The position numbers were made by a program, and so were the translations under genes. Shown here in pieces: positions 39,080 to 52,000 of a stretch of DNA of 64,000 bases. How positions within the stretch are numbered: the stretch's first letter is position 1; the number at the start of each line of letters is the position of its first letter. The stretch comes from Isurus oxyrinchus (lineage: Eukaryota). The stretch spans positions 90,706,001 through 90,770,000 of the forward strand of contig JANJGN010000021.1 of the NCBI GenBank assembly GCA_026770705.1. The letters run 5' to 3'. The notes beneath the pieces are model-generated. The model was given only the letters and a program-made list of their open reading frames with translations, did not search any database and had not been told where the DNA came from.

Positions 39080-41420
39080 ACATCATCATCAGTTGGAAGA
39101 AAAGAGAGTTTCTAGGATTAGTATTTTAATCTTCAATAAAGGTAATGTTAAGGATATGAAGGCAGAGCTGGCTAAAATCAAGTGGAATGTAGGTTAAGGG
39201 ATACGTGATTAAAACTGCAGTGGAAGATATTTAAGGACACATTTCATAACATTCAGAAAAATCACATTGGAATGAGAACGGCAGATTCTAGAGGAAAGAT
39301 GTAGGATCTGTGAATAACTAAGGAAGCTAAATAGAGTATCAAATTGAAAGAAAAGGCATATAATTCTACGAATATTAGTGACAGACAGAAGTTAAAAATA
39401 AAAAAATAGTTAGAATAAATTATAAGGAGGGAACAATTAAAGTATGAGGGAATGCTCACCAGAAATATATCAAATAACCAAAAGTATCGACAGGTATTTA
39501 GAAAGGGGGAAAAAACGACTTCAGTGATTCACTGCCCTATAGAGAGTGAGTGTAGACATTTAATAATGGAAAATAAGGAAATGGCGGATGCATGGAGCAG
39601 AAACTGTGTGTCCTACTTCACGACAGCAGTCACACAAAAAACACCCCAGAAATAATTATCAATAAAGTGGTGAAATGTGGTTCGGGCGGGGCGGTGTGGG
39701 AAGGTGGGCGGGGGGGGGGGACAATTACAGTCAACAGGGAAGCGGCACTGACATGGCTATTCGAACTAAAGGTTGACAAGCCCCCAGAACCTGAAAGATC
39801 CATCCTGCAATCTTTAAATAAGTGGTTGCTGAGATAGTAGATGCATTGGTTTTAATTTTCATGTATTCCCAATATTCTGGAAAGCTGCCATCAGATTAGA
39901 AAACAGTTAACCCCTTTATTTAAGAATCAAGGGAGGTAATACAGTTAGTATCAGTAAAGAAAAAAATGTTAGAAGTTATTTAGGAGGTTATAGCAGGGTG
40001 CTAATAAAATCTTAATGCAGTCAGCAGAAACGAAATATATTTGTGAAAGTGAAATTTTGTCAGACTAGTTTATCAGAGATCCATGAGGAAGCAACAAGCA
40101 AAGTGGGTAAAAAGGAACATGTGGCTGTGTTGTACCTGGATATCCAGAGGGCGATTCACAAGGCGACACCTCAAATTTTATACTACACAAAGTAAGTTCT
40201 TCTGATCAATGGATAATGTATAAGCATGTACAGAAGGCTGGATCGCTAACAGGAAATAGAGAGTGGTGATAAATGGGTAATTTTCAGGTTCACTGGATGT
40301 AACGAGGTGAGTGGGAACAGAGATCATTGCTAGTTTCCTCGACAATTGGCAATGTATAGGAATGAACCTGATAAAGGTATCGAATGGTTGCGAAATTTGC
40401 CAAGAGCTCAAGCATTGTAAGAGGCTAAATAGTGAAGGGCACAGAAGGATTCTGAAGAGGGATATGGGTAGGTTAAGTGAGTGAGATAAAAATAGCAGCC
40501 AGGGAATAATTGTGGAAAAATGTGCACGTGTCCGTTTTGGCAGGAGGGATGAAAATTCAGAATATTGCTTCAATCGAGTAATGCTACATAATTCTGTGGC
40601 ACAGATGGGTTTGGTGGTCCCCGTACATGAACCACAAGAAAGTCGTTAGTATACAGGTCCAGCAAATGCTCAGAGAGACAAGTGAAATGTTGCCGTTTAT
40701 AACAAGGGGCAGTAAATATAAAAGTAGAGAAGTTTTGCTACACTTTTGCCGGGTGTTGGTGAGATCACATCTGGAGTGCAGTGCACCATTTATACCAGAA
40801 ACTGTCAAATTCAATTAGAAGCATTGCAGAGAACGTTCATTCTATTGATTTCTAGGTTGAATGGGGTTGCCTCATGAGGAAAGTTTGGATATGTGGGGAC
40901 TTTGTCTATGGATTTTAAAAGAATGAGAGGTGATCTTATTGAAACATATAATGGCCTGCGGGATCTTTACAGGGTGGAAGCTGTTAAGATGTTTCTCCTG
41001 ATTGGAGAGATTGCGGCGTGGATGGGATCATAAAATGCGGCGAGTTATTCTAAACTCCTTTGACATCGGCTGGAAATTTAAAATCTCGCTGTCATAAAAG
41101 TTCACCCTAGAACTCGGGGACATAGTTTTTAAATACGATATCTCCCATTTCAGACGCAGATGAAGACTTGTTTATAACTCTCAGAAAGCCGTTCGTCTGT
41201 GGAATTCTCTTGTCTAGAGACCAGTGGAAACAGGGTCATTGAATATTTTATAAGGTTGTCTTAGCTAGCCCGTTGGCTGAAAAAGAATGCAAAGGGTGTA
41301 TAGGGTACAGAGGGTACTGGAGGACACAACCAGATCAGCCATGATTTATCAAATGGTGGAGCAAGTTCAGGGATCTAAATAGCCGTATCTTACTCCTAAT
41401 TTGTATGTTCCTATGTTCAT
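39080..41420 (+). mobile_element. Long degraded CR1 ORF2 plus 3' UTR
   Basis: ORF 40627..40818 KYKSREVLLHFCRVLVRSHLEC; RMRGDLIETY near 40920-40950; ends ...ctcctaatttgtatgttcctatgttc. Confidence 0.9.
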
Positions 41421-42589
41421 GTCATTGCGCAATGACTTGAGATGACCTGTAAAGCATTCATCAGTTCAATCGACTGAAATGTTTATCTTTGGCAAAAAAA
41501 AAATCAAGTGTCTGTCTTCTTAAATGTTCCGGTCGAAAAATGCTTGAGAACATCAAACAGAATTAATTTGTTCGCTGCCACAAAGTTGCACTTGTGGAAG
41601 AGGTGGATGTGTAGTAAGCACAGAGAGTCCTTATTTTGTGTCAAGTACAAGACCATGGATGGATTCTAGGAGAAATAAGATAAGTAAAGGATATCCTTTT
41701 TGCCGATAGCTGATGTTAACGTTTGTGATTCTGCCTCAGAAGAGAATCATGATTCTTTAAACAAAATTGATCAAATTAATTTTGGAATACATTACGTAAA
41801 TTTGAACGGCCTCATTAAAAACAGAGAAGGTTGTACAGTAGTGTGGTTGCTGCCATTTCAACATCAAATGCCCGTGTGCCTAATGCAAAACGATTTCAAT
41901 CAGGCTGGTCGTTAATCCCCCGTAAGTTGTACTTTACCAATTACCACATTTTAAATGATCTCACCTAAAGCTGGCGGACTCGACTCAATTGCTCCCCTGG
42001 TGGTTTAAGAAGCCAGTGATCAGCCCTGTCTTTAAACTTCAATTAAGTTTGATATAGGATGTGGTAAAATGAAAAGAGCAAAGCCACTGAACGTGATAAA
42101 AACAAATTAAGGTGTAAGTCCACCATGTGTCAGTAGAAGGGGAATCTTTATGCCCATCAGACGTTGGTAAAAATAGAATACCTTAACTTACCCTTAGCCC
42201 AGAAACATTGCCAAAATACCACCGACACTTTGCCTATAAAGGTAACAATGGAACAGTTTTACTATGTTCAAAATAAAATTATTTGTTCCCGGAATGGTTG
42301 CATGAGTAATACTTTCATGCCCTGGCCATTTTTATAAGCAGATAGTAGATTCCAAATCGTATAGGTCTGAGCGTAAGTGAGAAATTAAATTGTGTTTTAC
42401 GCAAAATCCAAAGAACATACAATGGAATCTCAGCATACACACACGCACATGCAAACACATACACACACTCACACAGAAGCAAACACAAGACATCTATAAA
42501 ATTATTATCTTTTATGTCAGAGCCATAATCCACGGTCTATCCTAGTAACCGTGCATCATTATTCTTTTTTCTTTCAAGCGTGTATCAAG

Positions 42590-42673
42590 TGTCTTTCTTT
42601 TAAATAACCGGTATCCTCTGCTTCCACCACTTGTCTTTCTTTTAAATAACCAGTATCCTCTGCTTCCACCACT
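42590..42673 (+). repeat. 42-bp tandem duplication within CR1 3' remnants (about 42545-43070)
   Basis: tgtctttcttttaaataacc(g/a)gtatcctctgcttccaccact occurs twice with one mismatch. Confidence 0.95.
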
Positions 42674-45445
42674 CTTGGATGCACGGAGTTCTACGTTGTT
42701 AAGACTCGTTCTTTTATAAAGACCTTCCTCAGATACTCCATGCGTGTTTCGCAAACAATAAAACCTGTGCTGGAAGGATCGAGAACGAGACTGCACTGGT
42801 TCAAAGTAATTGGAAAAGTCTGCAATGAGGACAAGGGAAATAAATTTTTGTCACATAGCGAGTGATTAAGATCTGGAATGCGCTGCCTATGGGTGCGGTA
42901 GAGGAAAGTTAAATCGAGGCAATGCAGAGAGAATTGGACTATCACCTAAAAATGAAGAATTTGCATAGTTAAAGTGAGAAGGTTCTGGGATGGTACGAGG
43001 TGCATCGCTCATTCAAAGAAATCGTGGGTGCAATGATCGCTTTCTCTGTAACAATTCTGTGATTATGTAATTATTTGTCCTCAATCCCGACAGTTTCAGC
43101 AAATGTGAAGAGATTTTTGTTTCACCTACAGTATCTAAAGCTGCCATGATTTTGTAATTCTGTCCCCCTCAACAGACATTGTAATTAAAGTCCCCCAACC
43201 TTTAAACTATACTAATAACCTTCTTCTGCAGCATCGCAAAAATATTATTCCAAGAAGGTGGTGACAACAACTTATATAGTTTTTGCCGAAACATAATTGG
43301 AGCTGTGTAAAGATTCAAAGTAAAGTTCCTGCTTTCATACTTAATGCCGCTATTTATGAAGTTCAACAGTTGTTATGTTTTGCTAATTACAATCCAAATT
43401 ATCGTGTCTCAATCAACTATTATGCGCATGCATTAACAGATCCACTTGTCCATGAACACCCTTTCAAAGAGTGGCATTATTTCTACATCGTGTCTCCCTA
43501 TTCCTTCAGACAAAGTGGTACGCATCTCACTTTGCTGTTTGCACTGCAATTCGACACTTGTCTGCACTTTCTACCAGCCTAACTATAACCTGTTGTAGTC
43601 ACTTTCTCGGGATCTGGAAATTGGTTACGAATTTTCCTGCACGGACACGGTGATGTCACTGAAACTCTGTCTTTTTATGCAGCTGGATAAAAAAAATCGA
43701 AGGATTTGCTCAGAAGAGTTGGATTCTGAAATTTTTACATTATGCTCATTTCCCCTTCAGAAGTATGCCAGGAGAATGCAATGTCACCATTCAGGCAATT
43801 AAATATTCTTGGAAATCAATTTTTTTTAAATCACTAAGATAGTTAGGTCTATATACAATATCTAACCTAACTGCAATAGTTGAAGCCGATCCTTAGATAT
43901 TCTGTTACCCGGATCATGTCGTGAATCGAAAATGAAGACTGTCCGTCATTTGTTACTTACCCTCGCCACTACCTTTCTGTGGGTTGATTTAGTGTTGTTC
44001 ATTCCTACTGAAGAGCCAAACCTGAGTCACCTTTCAGAAAAAAATGTGAATTTTTCGGAAAAAAGCATGCAAACATATGTGCCATTAGGCAATTAGGTCG
44101 CGATTTCCTTACTGTAAGATTTACAGAAAGTGAAAATTAGGACAATTAATTCAGCTTCAAATTATGTGTAGAAGTAAAATAATGGGTCGTGTAAGGAAAA
44201 TGGGACTAAGTGAGAGATGGCAAGCAGAAACAAAACCATGAATGCATATATGCATTGTTTTGATCTTCTATATTAACGTGTGGAAAAATTATAATTGTCC
44301 GAGCAATGTTTGAAGAAATTAAACCTTATTATGCGTCACAAATTCACTTAAGCTTTAATGGGCATGATGTATCTTTTTTTCCTCCAATCGGTACCTAGCG
44401 GGTAAATATTGCAGAATGTTCTTCCTTTATGTATTTAAATCTCATATCAATCAGCACGATGTCAATTTATTGCAATGTCTGGAGATGCAGTGTATTCCTG
44501 AGAAACTTGCAACCTGCTACGCATCAATCAGTGCATGTCATGGTCGCCTGCTGTGCGATTTGCTTCTTAATAATGGTGAACACTGATAGCATCAGTTGGT
44601 CTGGCCTGTAAACCGTGATTGTCTTTCTGCAACTCATATATTTTTTAAAAATCAGATGAAACCAACGAATTGAATTATATTGAGGCCGCCTGATTTGTTA
44701 GCACCTCTCTCACGAATTATGTTAACATATTATTAATACTGAGACAAGTACTGTTGGATATTGCCTACCATATTACACAATGTCAGAGTAGGGCCGACCA
44801 TATTTTCTGCCGTATTAAAACGTGTGCAGTTGCAGTTCTGAACATGTGAATATCAATGTTGGTGGGCATTTTCTATAGGGAATTTTAAGGCTTGGGTCAT
44901 TTCGTTTTATGCCAAGTAAGAACTTCACTGGGACAGAGAACGACATGATTAACCTTTTATATTGATGAGGGTTACCTTGCTCTCTCTACTGATGCTTATG
45001 CTTCTGCTCATTGTATCGAGAATGTATGATTTGTGATTTCCCGCCTCCTGCAGGATTATTTGCTTGTAGAACTTTACCAGGTTGCCCCATAATTAATTCA
45101 CGACTTCAATTTGCAGTAAAGGTGTTTTAATTAATTCCAGGCTAGTGAAACATTGGGCTCAGATTGACGACGCTTGTTTCTGTCTAATATTTCTGGGAAT
45201 CAAAGAAAAACTTTAACTGTTATCACTTGGTGCTCAGAGGCACAGTTTGGTTGCTCCCCTGGTAATCTGTTAGTCTGAGGTCCAGATTACCGGATTATCT
45301 TTCGAATGATATCGAATTAAGCATGAAATGCCGATAAAACCACAACAATGCGAGTCGAATCCGATCAAAAATTGGGTGATAATTCTGTAAGTCTCAGAAT
45401 GAATGATGACACTAAATGCTCCAGCGTTTTACTTCGGACTTCTAG

Positions 45446-45481
45446 ATGCGAGAAAAATGAAAAAAGCACTTCAAGATTTAG
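45446..45481 (+). CDS. Microexon 11, 36 nt ((D)ARKMKKALQDL)
   Basis: ttttacttcggacttctag|ATGCGAGA...GATTTAG|gtaaga. Confidence 0.88.
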
Positions 45482-45854
45482 GTAAGAAAAATGTGTGTCA
45501 TCTGTCGAATGTATTTATATGTTTTATGTTAATTTGGCTTTTTAAGCATAAGTGTATTACTAATATCCTCAACAATGCGTATTTAGCTGTTACTTGCAAA
45601 TCTTAAATAGAATTTGCAAGAGCGCAACAGGGCAACTTGAATATCCCCTGAGCATTTGATTGAAAGTATGATCATAGACAGGACACTTGGAACTTTGGGA
45701 TCTTATGAAACTCAGTTTAATAACATACCTCTAAAGTTCCAGATGGAATGGCTCAATGTGCATGGCGCTACATCATTTGTTAAGTACGGGTAACATTGAA
45801 AATCTGGAAGGGAAACAGAAGGAGGAATATGAAAACCATTTTGGTTATGTTTTA

Positions 45855-46920
45855 ACAAAAACAGAAAATGCTGCTAAAACTCAGCAGGCCTAGCAGCACC
45901 TGTGGAGAGAGAAAGAGAGTTAACGTTCTGAGTCCGTATGACCATTCTTCAGAGCTAAAAAGAAATCGAAATGTGATTAAATATACAGTGTTTACGGGTA
46001 GCAGGTGACGCTGGGTAGAAAGCCAGCAAAAGGTGCAGAAAAGGACACATTGTCAAATATCACATGAAGAAAAGAACAAAGGGAAAGTTAATGGTAGTGG
46101 TGAGGGCAAAAACAAATTGATAGTGACATAAAGGTAATATAGGAGGATGGGATAAGAGCAGAATAAGGGTATGCACTGTGTGAAAGGACGAGTAACATGT
46201 GGCGCTTTTGGGATGGGGTGGGGGCAGGCGACGATGGCGAAAAATGATAGAAAATAGGATAAAAGGGTGATTGAGAAATGGGATAAAACAACGAAAAAAT
46301 GAATTTTAAAAATGAATCAAAACAAAAATAAGTGGATAAAATAAAATTAGTGTTGAAAAAAGGACTAAAGAAGCGGTTAGGATAGAGGACAGAGTTCATG
46401 GCCTGAAGTTGTTGAACTCAGTGTTAAACCTGGGAGTCTGTAAGTGCCTAATCGGAAGATGAGGTGCTGTTCCTCCAGTTTGCGTTCAACATTGCAGCAG
46501 GCCAATCGCGGGCATGTGGCCATGAAATCAGGATGATGTGGTCAAATAGCAAGTGACAGGAAGCTCTGGGTTATGCTTGTGGACAAAATGAAGGTGTTAC
46601 AGAAAGTAGTCACCCAATCTGCGTTGGGTCTCCCCAGAGTGGAGGAGATTTCATTGGGAGCAGTGAATGCAGTAGACCAAAATGAAGAAGGTGCAAGTGA
46701 AGCGTTGCTTCACCTGAAAGGAGCGTTTGGGCCCACTGATTGTGAGGAGGGTGGAGGTAAAGGGGCAGGTGTTGGACCTTTTGCGACTGCATAAAAATGG
46801 TGCCATGTGCAGGGGATGAGGTTGGTGGGGGGTGGTGGTGGTTGTGAGAGGATGGTGTGCTTGGTGGTGGCATCATGCTGGAGTTAGTGGAAATGACGGA
46901 GGATGATCCGTCAAATGTAG
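45855..46920 (-). mobile_element. Penelope-like element, GIY-YIG region and terminus
   Basis: Minus strand reads GPKRSFQVKQRFTCTFFILVYCIHCSQ*NLLHSGETQRRLGD and RKLEEQHLIFRLGT, typical of the Penelope GIY-YIG endonuclease. Confidence 0.9.
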
Positions 46921-47063
46921 TCACTTTTTAGAACCAGCTTGATGTAATTTCAATTTAATTATATGGAATGAAAATAAGGCAGTTTATATGATTACCAGCC
47001 AGCTCGTGAACATATCGCCCACTAATGATGTATTTTTTATTATTATCTTTTTTATGCGAATAG

Positions 47064-47090
47064 AAGATAAACTACGTGAAAAGGAGTCAG
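47064..47090 (+). CDS. Microexon 12, 27 nt ((E)DKLREKES)
   Basis: atcttttttatgcgaatag|AAGATAAACTACGTGAAAAGGAGTCAG|gtaaaa. Confidence 0.85.
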
Positions 47091-47242
47091 GTAAAAATGA
47101 AGAATTTTTATTTTAACAACTCATTAAATTTTACCTGTTGGCTCTCTCTTTATCTTCATTCTAACTTATACAAAAACAAGATCTATTAACTGCTCAATCT
47201 GTTGCACAATATATTTGTAGCATTAATTCAATTCTGTTTTAG

Positions 47243-47269
47243 ATGTGCTTGATGGCTGTAGCAACGAAA
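47243..47269 (+). CDS. Microexon 13, 27 nt ((D)VLDGCSNE)
   Basis: caattctgttttag|ATGTGCTTGATGGCTGTAGCAACGAAA|gtgagt; the donor flank gtgagtattg is identical to that of exon 6. Confidence 0.85.
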
Positions 47270-47689
47270 GTGAGTATTGCAAATAAATTTAAAAACAATT
47301 TTTTCTCTATTCTAGTACTTCTCATTTTACAGTGTGTTCAATGGAACTAGATGTGTGAATCGGTGGTGCTACTTCCGTACGGTTATCATTCCCATTCACT
47401 TCCTGAATTGCCACGGTTCCATAAAAAGATAGTTGACAACTGCTTATATTGTGAGCATCAGTCTACAGGGTAAAATACAGCCGCATGGTGATGAGGAAAT
47501 TAAAAAACAGAATCGTGAATTTTCTAAACTGAAATCATTTCGGCATAATTTTGAATTTGGGCGAGGTGAAATATGCCAGCCGTGTTGCATTTAAAGGCAC
47601 TTCTTGTACCTTGGGTTGGGGAGGGGAGGTGGAGGGTGGGGTGCGACGGAGTGGGGGGAGGGTGACATCTGTACAGGAATACTTTCCAG

Positions 47690-48480
47690 ATTCTTGAGCC
47701 ATGCTCAGCATTGTAGTATTTACAATGTTTGCGGGCAGCTGGAGTCACCGTGGAATGTCAGGAAAGTTCCCGGAGATAGTGACTCACAGAGAGTGCAATC
47801 TCAAGTTCAGAGCGCGGTAGTGATGTTAAAGTATAGGAAGAGACATTTGTTGCAGGGGGCTGCTGCTCCACAGTCAGAACTGCAAGGAGTGACGACAACT
47901 TGGAGAATTGTAATCAGGAACAGATCACTCTTGGTCATACGGATGTGCAGGAAGCAAATAAAAAATGCTTAAATATGCAGTGGTTGCTTGAGATCCGACA
48001 TTGTGGATGCGAAGGTATGCTTTTCTGCAACCGCCATCAAGAGCACTGCATGGTTCGTTGCCTCCTGGGAGCCAATGTTAAAGTTCAGCACTGAAAGGGT
48101 GAAGAACATTCTGCAACGGAAAAGGAATGACTGCCAATAGTAGTGTACACTGGTAACAGCTAGAGAGATCAGATACTGCAGTTTTACCAGCCGATTTTCC
48201 AGTGCTCGGGAAAAAGTTAAAATGTAGAATATCGAGATAGTAATCTCGGTATTAAGCCAATGCCACATGGAAGCGTGACAGGAAATAGGAAGATACGGAA
48301 GATCAATACCTGGATCAAGGCGTGGTTCCGGTATAAAAAGTCCATGTTCTTTGGATTTTGAGTAATTCTGGGCATGAGACACCTATTCAATAAGGGTTGT
48401 TTGCCCTCCAACAGTGCTGGGCCTGATATGCTCTCAGATGGTTGGTTTGGCTGTGGATGGTTTAAATTAAATTGCATGTA
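47690..48480 (+). mobile_element. CR1 ORF1 remnant
   Basis: MVRCLLGANVK (resembling MVCCLPGARV) in ORF 47900..48094, followed by decayed VVxxGxN and VVISxLxP-like segments. Confidence 0.7.
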
Positions 48481-48599
48481 AATGGACTCCAGCATGTAAA
48501 AGGATAATGGCGGGGGGGGGGGGGGGCGGCGGGGTGGCGCAGAGTGTAATGGGGTGAAAGTGCTAGAGACAATCAGATGTGGAAATGGTTACATATTTA

Positions 48600-51500
48600 A
48601 CAGAAGCTTTATATTTTCAGTAGTTGTTAGGATTATTTCTACAACATTATTTGAGCAAGGGTATAAATGTTGCAATTCCCCACCTCACTGGCATCAACTC
48701 AACGTGTACAGAAGATGGTAACATTATGGCTAGTCCCTCCACAATTTCCACTTTCAATTCTATCAGGTTGCTTTGAAGTATCATATCCGCTTCTGGTGTC
48801 TTATGAAACTTAAGAGCAGACTATTTATATAATATGACCTTCTAATGAATTTTAAAGCGTATGAATAGCTGTATTACCTCTTCTTTCAACATAGCCTGGA
48901 CAGCATCTTCTTTCTTGTTAAAGACAGAAGTAAATTGTTCACTTAAAGCCTCATCTATGCTCGCTGCATTATGCCCCTAAATCCTCCTATTGATCCCTAA
49001 TCACTCTAATCGTCTATTCCCAAACTATTGCTGCCTGAGTACCTATAGCCGGTTTTGTGGTTTTGCTTTACATTAGCTCCCAGCCTCTGCTCATGCTCTC
49101 GCTTTACATCTATATTTCATTTTCACTTCCCCTATGAACGTTCAATATTCATCTTGTTCCTCAGTTCTGTTATAGAGCTGTTACCTGTGATATGCACTCA
49201 TTTCCTTCCTTCTTCATTTTCTTCTTCATCTGTTTTGTCATCCATAGCGCACTAGACTTGTTTCCACTACCTTCCCATTTCGTGGGAATATACCTTGACT
49301 GTGCTCAACCTACATCTTTAGCATGTTTTCCTTCCCACGTTTCATTCCACTTTTTCTGGCGCAGATCTAATCTTACTTCATTTAAGTTGACTCTACCACT
49401 GTAAATCATTTCTGTTATGATTGTTTTTTTTTCTTATTTTCCTATAGCTAATGCTACAATGATCAGAGTCCCCTAAGGTTTCTCCCAATGGCTCTCGATC
49501 AACATGAACCACTTCTTTCCCACAAAACAGGGTTAGAGTGCCTCATTTATCGTTGGACCAGAAACATACCCTGGTGGATAATTTTCCTGAACAAATCGTA
49601 CAAACTCTCTACCAGTTACACTGCCTCTAACAAAGTTTATTTTCAGATAACTAAAAGCCCTCATTATATGGACTCTAAAATTCTTGAATCTTTCTGTAAG
49701 TTCCCTGCATTTTGCCTCTACATCTATCCTACTATTTGGTGAGTTATAACTCTGTTATAGCCATAGCATTAGATTTCTACTTGGCAGTCTACACCTGGCA
49801 CACAGCAACGTTTTTAACTACATTTTTCTGACAGTCATATATGAGCTTAGTAACCTTCAGTTAGACATTATTAAAATCACCCTTATTATTTGCCCATCTA
49901 ATGACGTCAATCTTCCTAAAGCTTTCCATCATTCGCAGTTTTCTGTGCATCCTGGTTTTGCTCTTGGATATGACATTCTGTTTCATACACATCAGTGTTT
50001 TAAACCCTTCCAATCGCAGTGGCAAATAAGTCCATCCTGGCTCTGTTTGGGTGAAATCCTTCTACTTTCTGCAGGTCCCATTTCTCCAGAACCATATTCA
50101 ATGTGCCAAGAATCTAAAGCCGTCCATGCAACGCTATCGTTCCAACCACAAATTCATCTGAGTGTTTCTCCTTTTTCTGTATTCACTTGAGTGCGATTCT
50201 GTGAGAAATCCAGAGATATGTAGTGTTGTAGGGCTGCTGGCTAATTTCTTACCTAGCTCCCTAAATACTGACTGCAAGACATTCCTCACTTTGTACTATG
50301 TAGTTCATACCAATGTGAACTGCGGCTGCTAGCTGATCAGCACTTCCCGCGCCCACACCCACCACACGCACCCCCCTCCCCTCCCTCACCCTCCTTAAAT
50401 TGAGGCTGTCCTGAGCCATTCAGTAAATTGGCCCTAACACCAATGGGGCAACACCCAATCTTGGTTTACATCTGTTTGAAAAGAAACGCAGGCCCATTCC
50501 CATAACTATGGAATGTCCTATCATTATTGTTCATACAGTCTTTTTGCACCCTCAAAAGATGAGCAAGGCATGGTGCCATGGCCTTTTCTATCGCTGCAAA
50601 TCTTATATGAACCATCACTCAAATCATTGTTCAGAAGTGATTACTGGTTGGACATTAGGATACATTCAGAGGAATCCTGCACTCCTTGTTTATTATTGAC
50701 CTCTCCCCCTGTTTACCCTTCAGTTTTGAGTTGACCATATCCATAAACACGCCATCATGAACTTCTCAACCTCATGGATGTGCCGCAGTTACTGTAGCTG
50801 CTGCTGGAACTCCAAAATGCAGAGCGCATGGTGTTGTAATTGAGACACTTCTTCTAATGATGGCTCTCTCATTTTCATGCATTACTATCTCATCTAGAAA
50901 TTCATCCACCTTGTTACTTATGTGGCATGAAATCAGATAAAGAAACGACAATACTGCCCTTTTGCTATCAATATCTACTCTGATCTTATTTGCTGGTGAA
51001 CTCTTCCGTTTGTACATTCAGTCACATTTTGTCACCTTCTAGTAATCATTCCCCCTATCACTATCTTGAAATATCGCCTTTTCCTTTTCACTAAAACTTT
51101 CGATAATTTTCACCTTAAGCCTCACCCTGTCCCTTCCACCTAGTATTAAATACAAAGCCCTCGTTATAAGATTCACCAGGAAATTGGTTCGAGCTTTCTT
51201 CAGGTGAAAATCGTCTTAAAGGAACAGCTCTAGTTTCCCCAGTAATGGTTTGTTTTACCGATAAGCTACGCACCCAACAAACTGACATTATTGCGTGTTT
51301 GCCTATTGCTCAGGTAATAATTCATAGATTATTCTCATTGCAGCTTTTTATAACAACAGCATGTAGCTGCTCATAGTCCCTCAACAGTACATCCTTTTTG
51401 ATCCCAGCTGTGTTGTTCATACACACGTGGACCATGCATCTAGATTTTTCCTCAACATTCCAAGGTACTCTGCAGTGCGGAGGAATTATCTTTTAGCCTG

Positions 51501-52000
51501 GCACTGGGCAACATTGCCTTCGGAATGCATGCCACAGACAATAGTATCTATTCCCCGAAGCATACTGCCATGTTAAAATACTTATTTCATTACACGCCCC
51601 TTACACTTAAACACCTCCCTACTCTTTCTGCTCTCGGGCAATGAAGCAGAAAATATATCGAACCTATTAAAAAATTGTAAGTGATTAGGCTCCTCCATTG
51701 ATGCCATATGAATGCCCATCCTGCCTCCTTTATGGTCACACTCCTCACGCGGCCGCCCGACCCGCCTTCCTCGCCATTGTACTTGGCTACGGACCAAATT
51801 TGAAGTACTTAGTTAAGGGATCATAATTACCATCTGGGGAAAAAAATGTGCCGGCATCTTGTCCCGTCCCTGAAGCATTGCAGTGTCCGAAACTCAAGCT
51901 CCAGCTCATCAACAAGGACGAAGGACTTGCAGACACTTACTGCAAGTATGGCTGCCATGAATGATGCACCTACAGACCAGCACCCACATGCTGCAGCTGC
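48600..52000 (-). mobile_element. Highly degraded CR1 (ORF1 and endonuclease part of ORF2)
   Basis: ORF 50772..51017 LYLISCHISNKVDEF resembles LYxNARSIxNKxDEL; ORF 51582..51797 WRGRRVGRP..C....MEEPNHLQFFNRFDI resembles CR1 ORF1. Confidence 0.65.

Noticed and set aside
41740-41795. Acceptor followed by EENHDSLNKID...
   Set aside because: No donor at a frame-preserving position.
43761-43794. Exon-like segment tttccccttcag|AAGTATG...TTCAG|gcaatt
   Set aside because: 34 nt, not frame-preserving, and needs a weak GC donor.
44399-44401. 3-nt microexon cctag|CGG|gtaaat near the expected slot-4 position
   Set aside because: Too short to tell from chance without transcript data.
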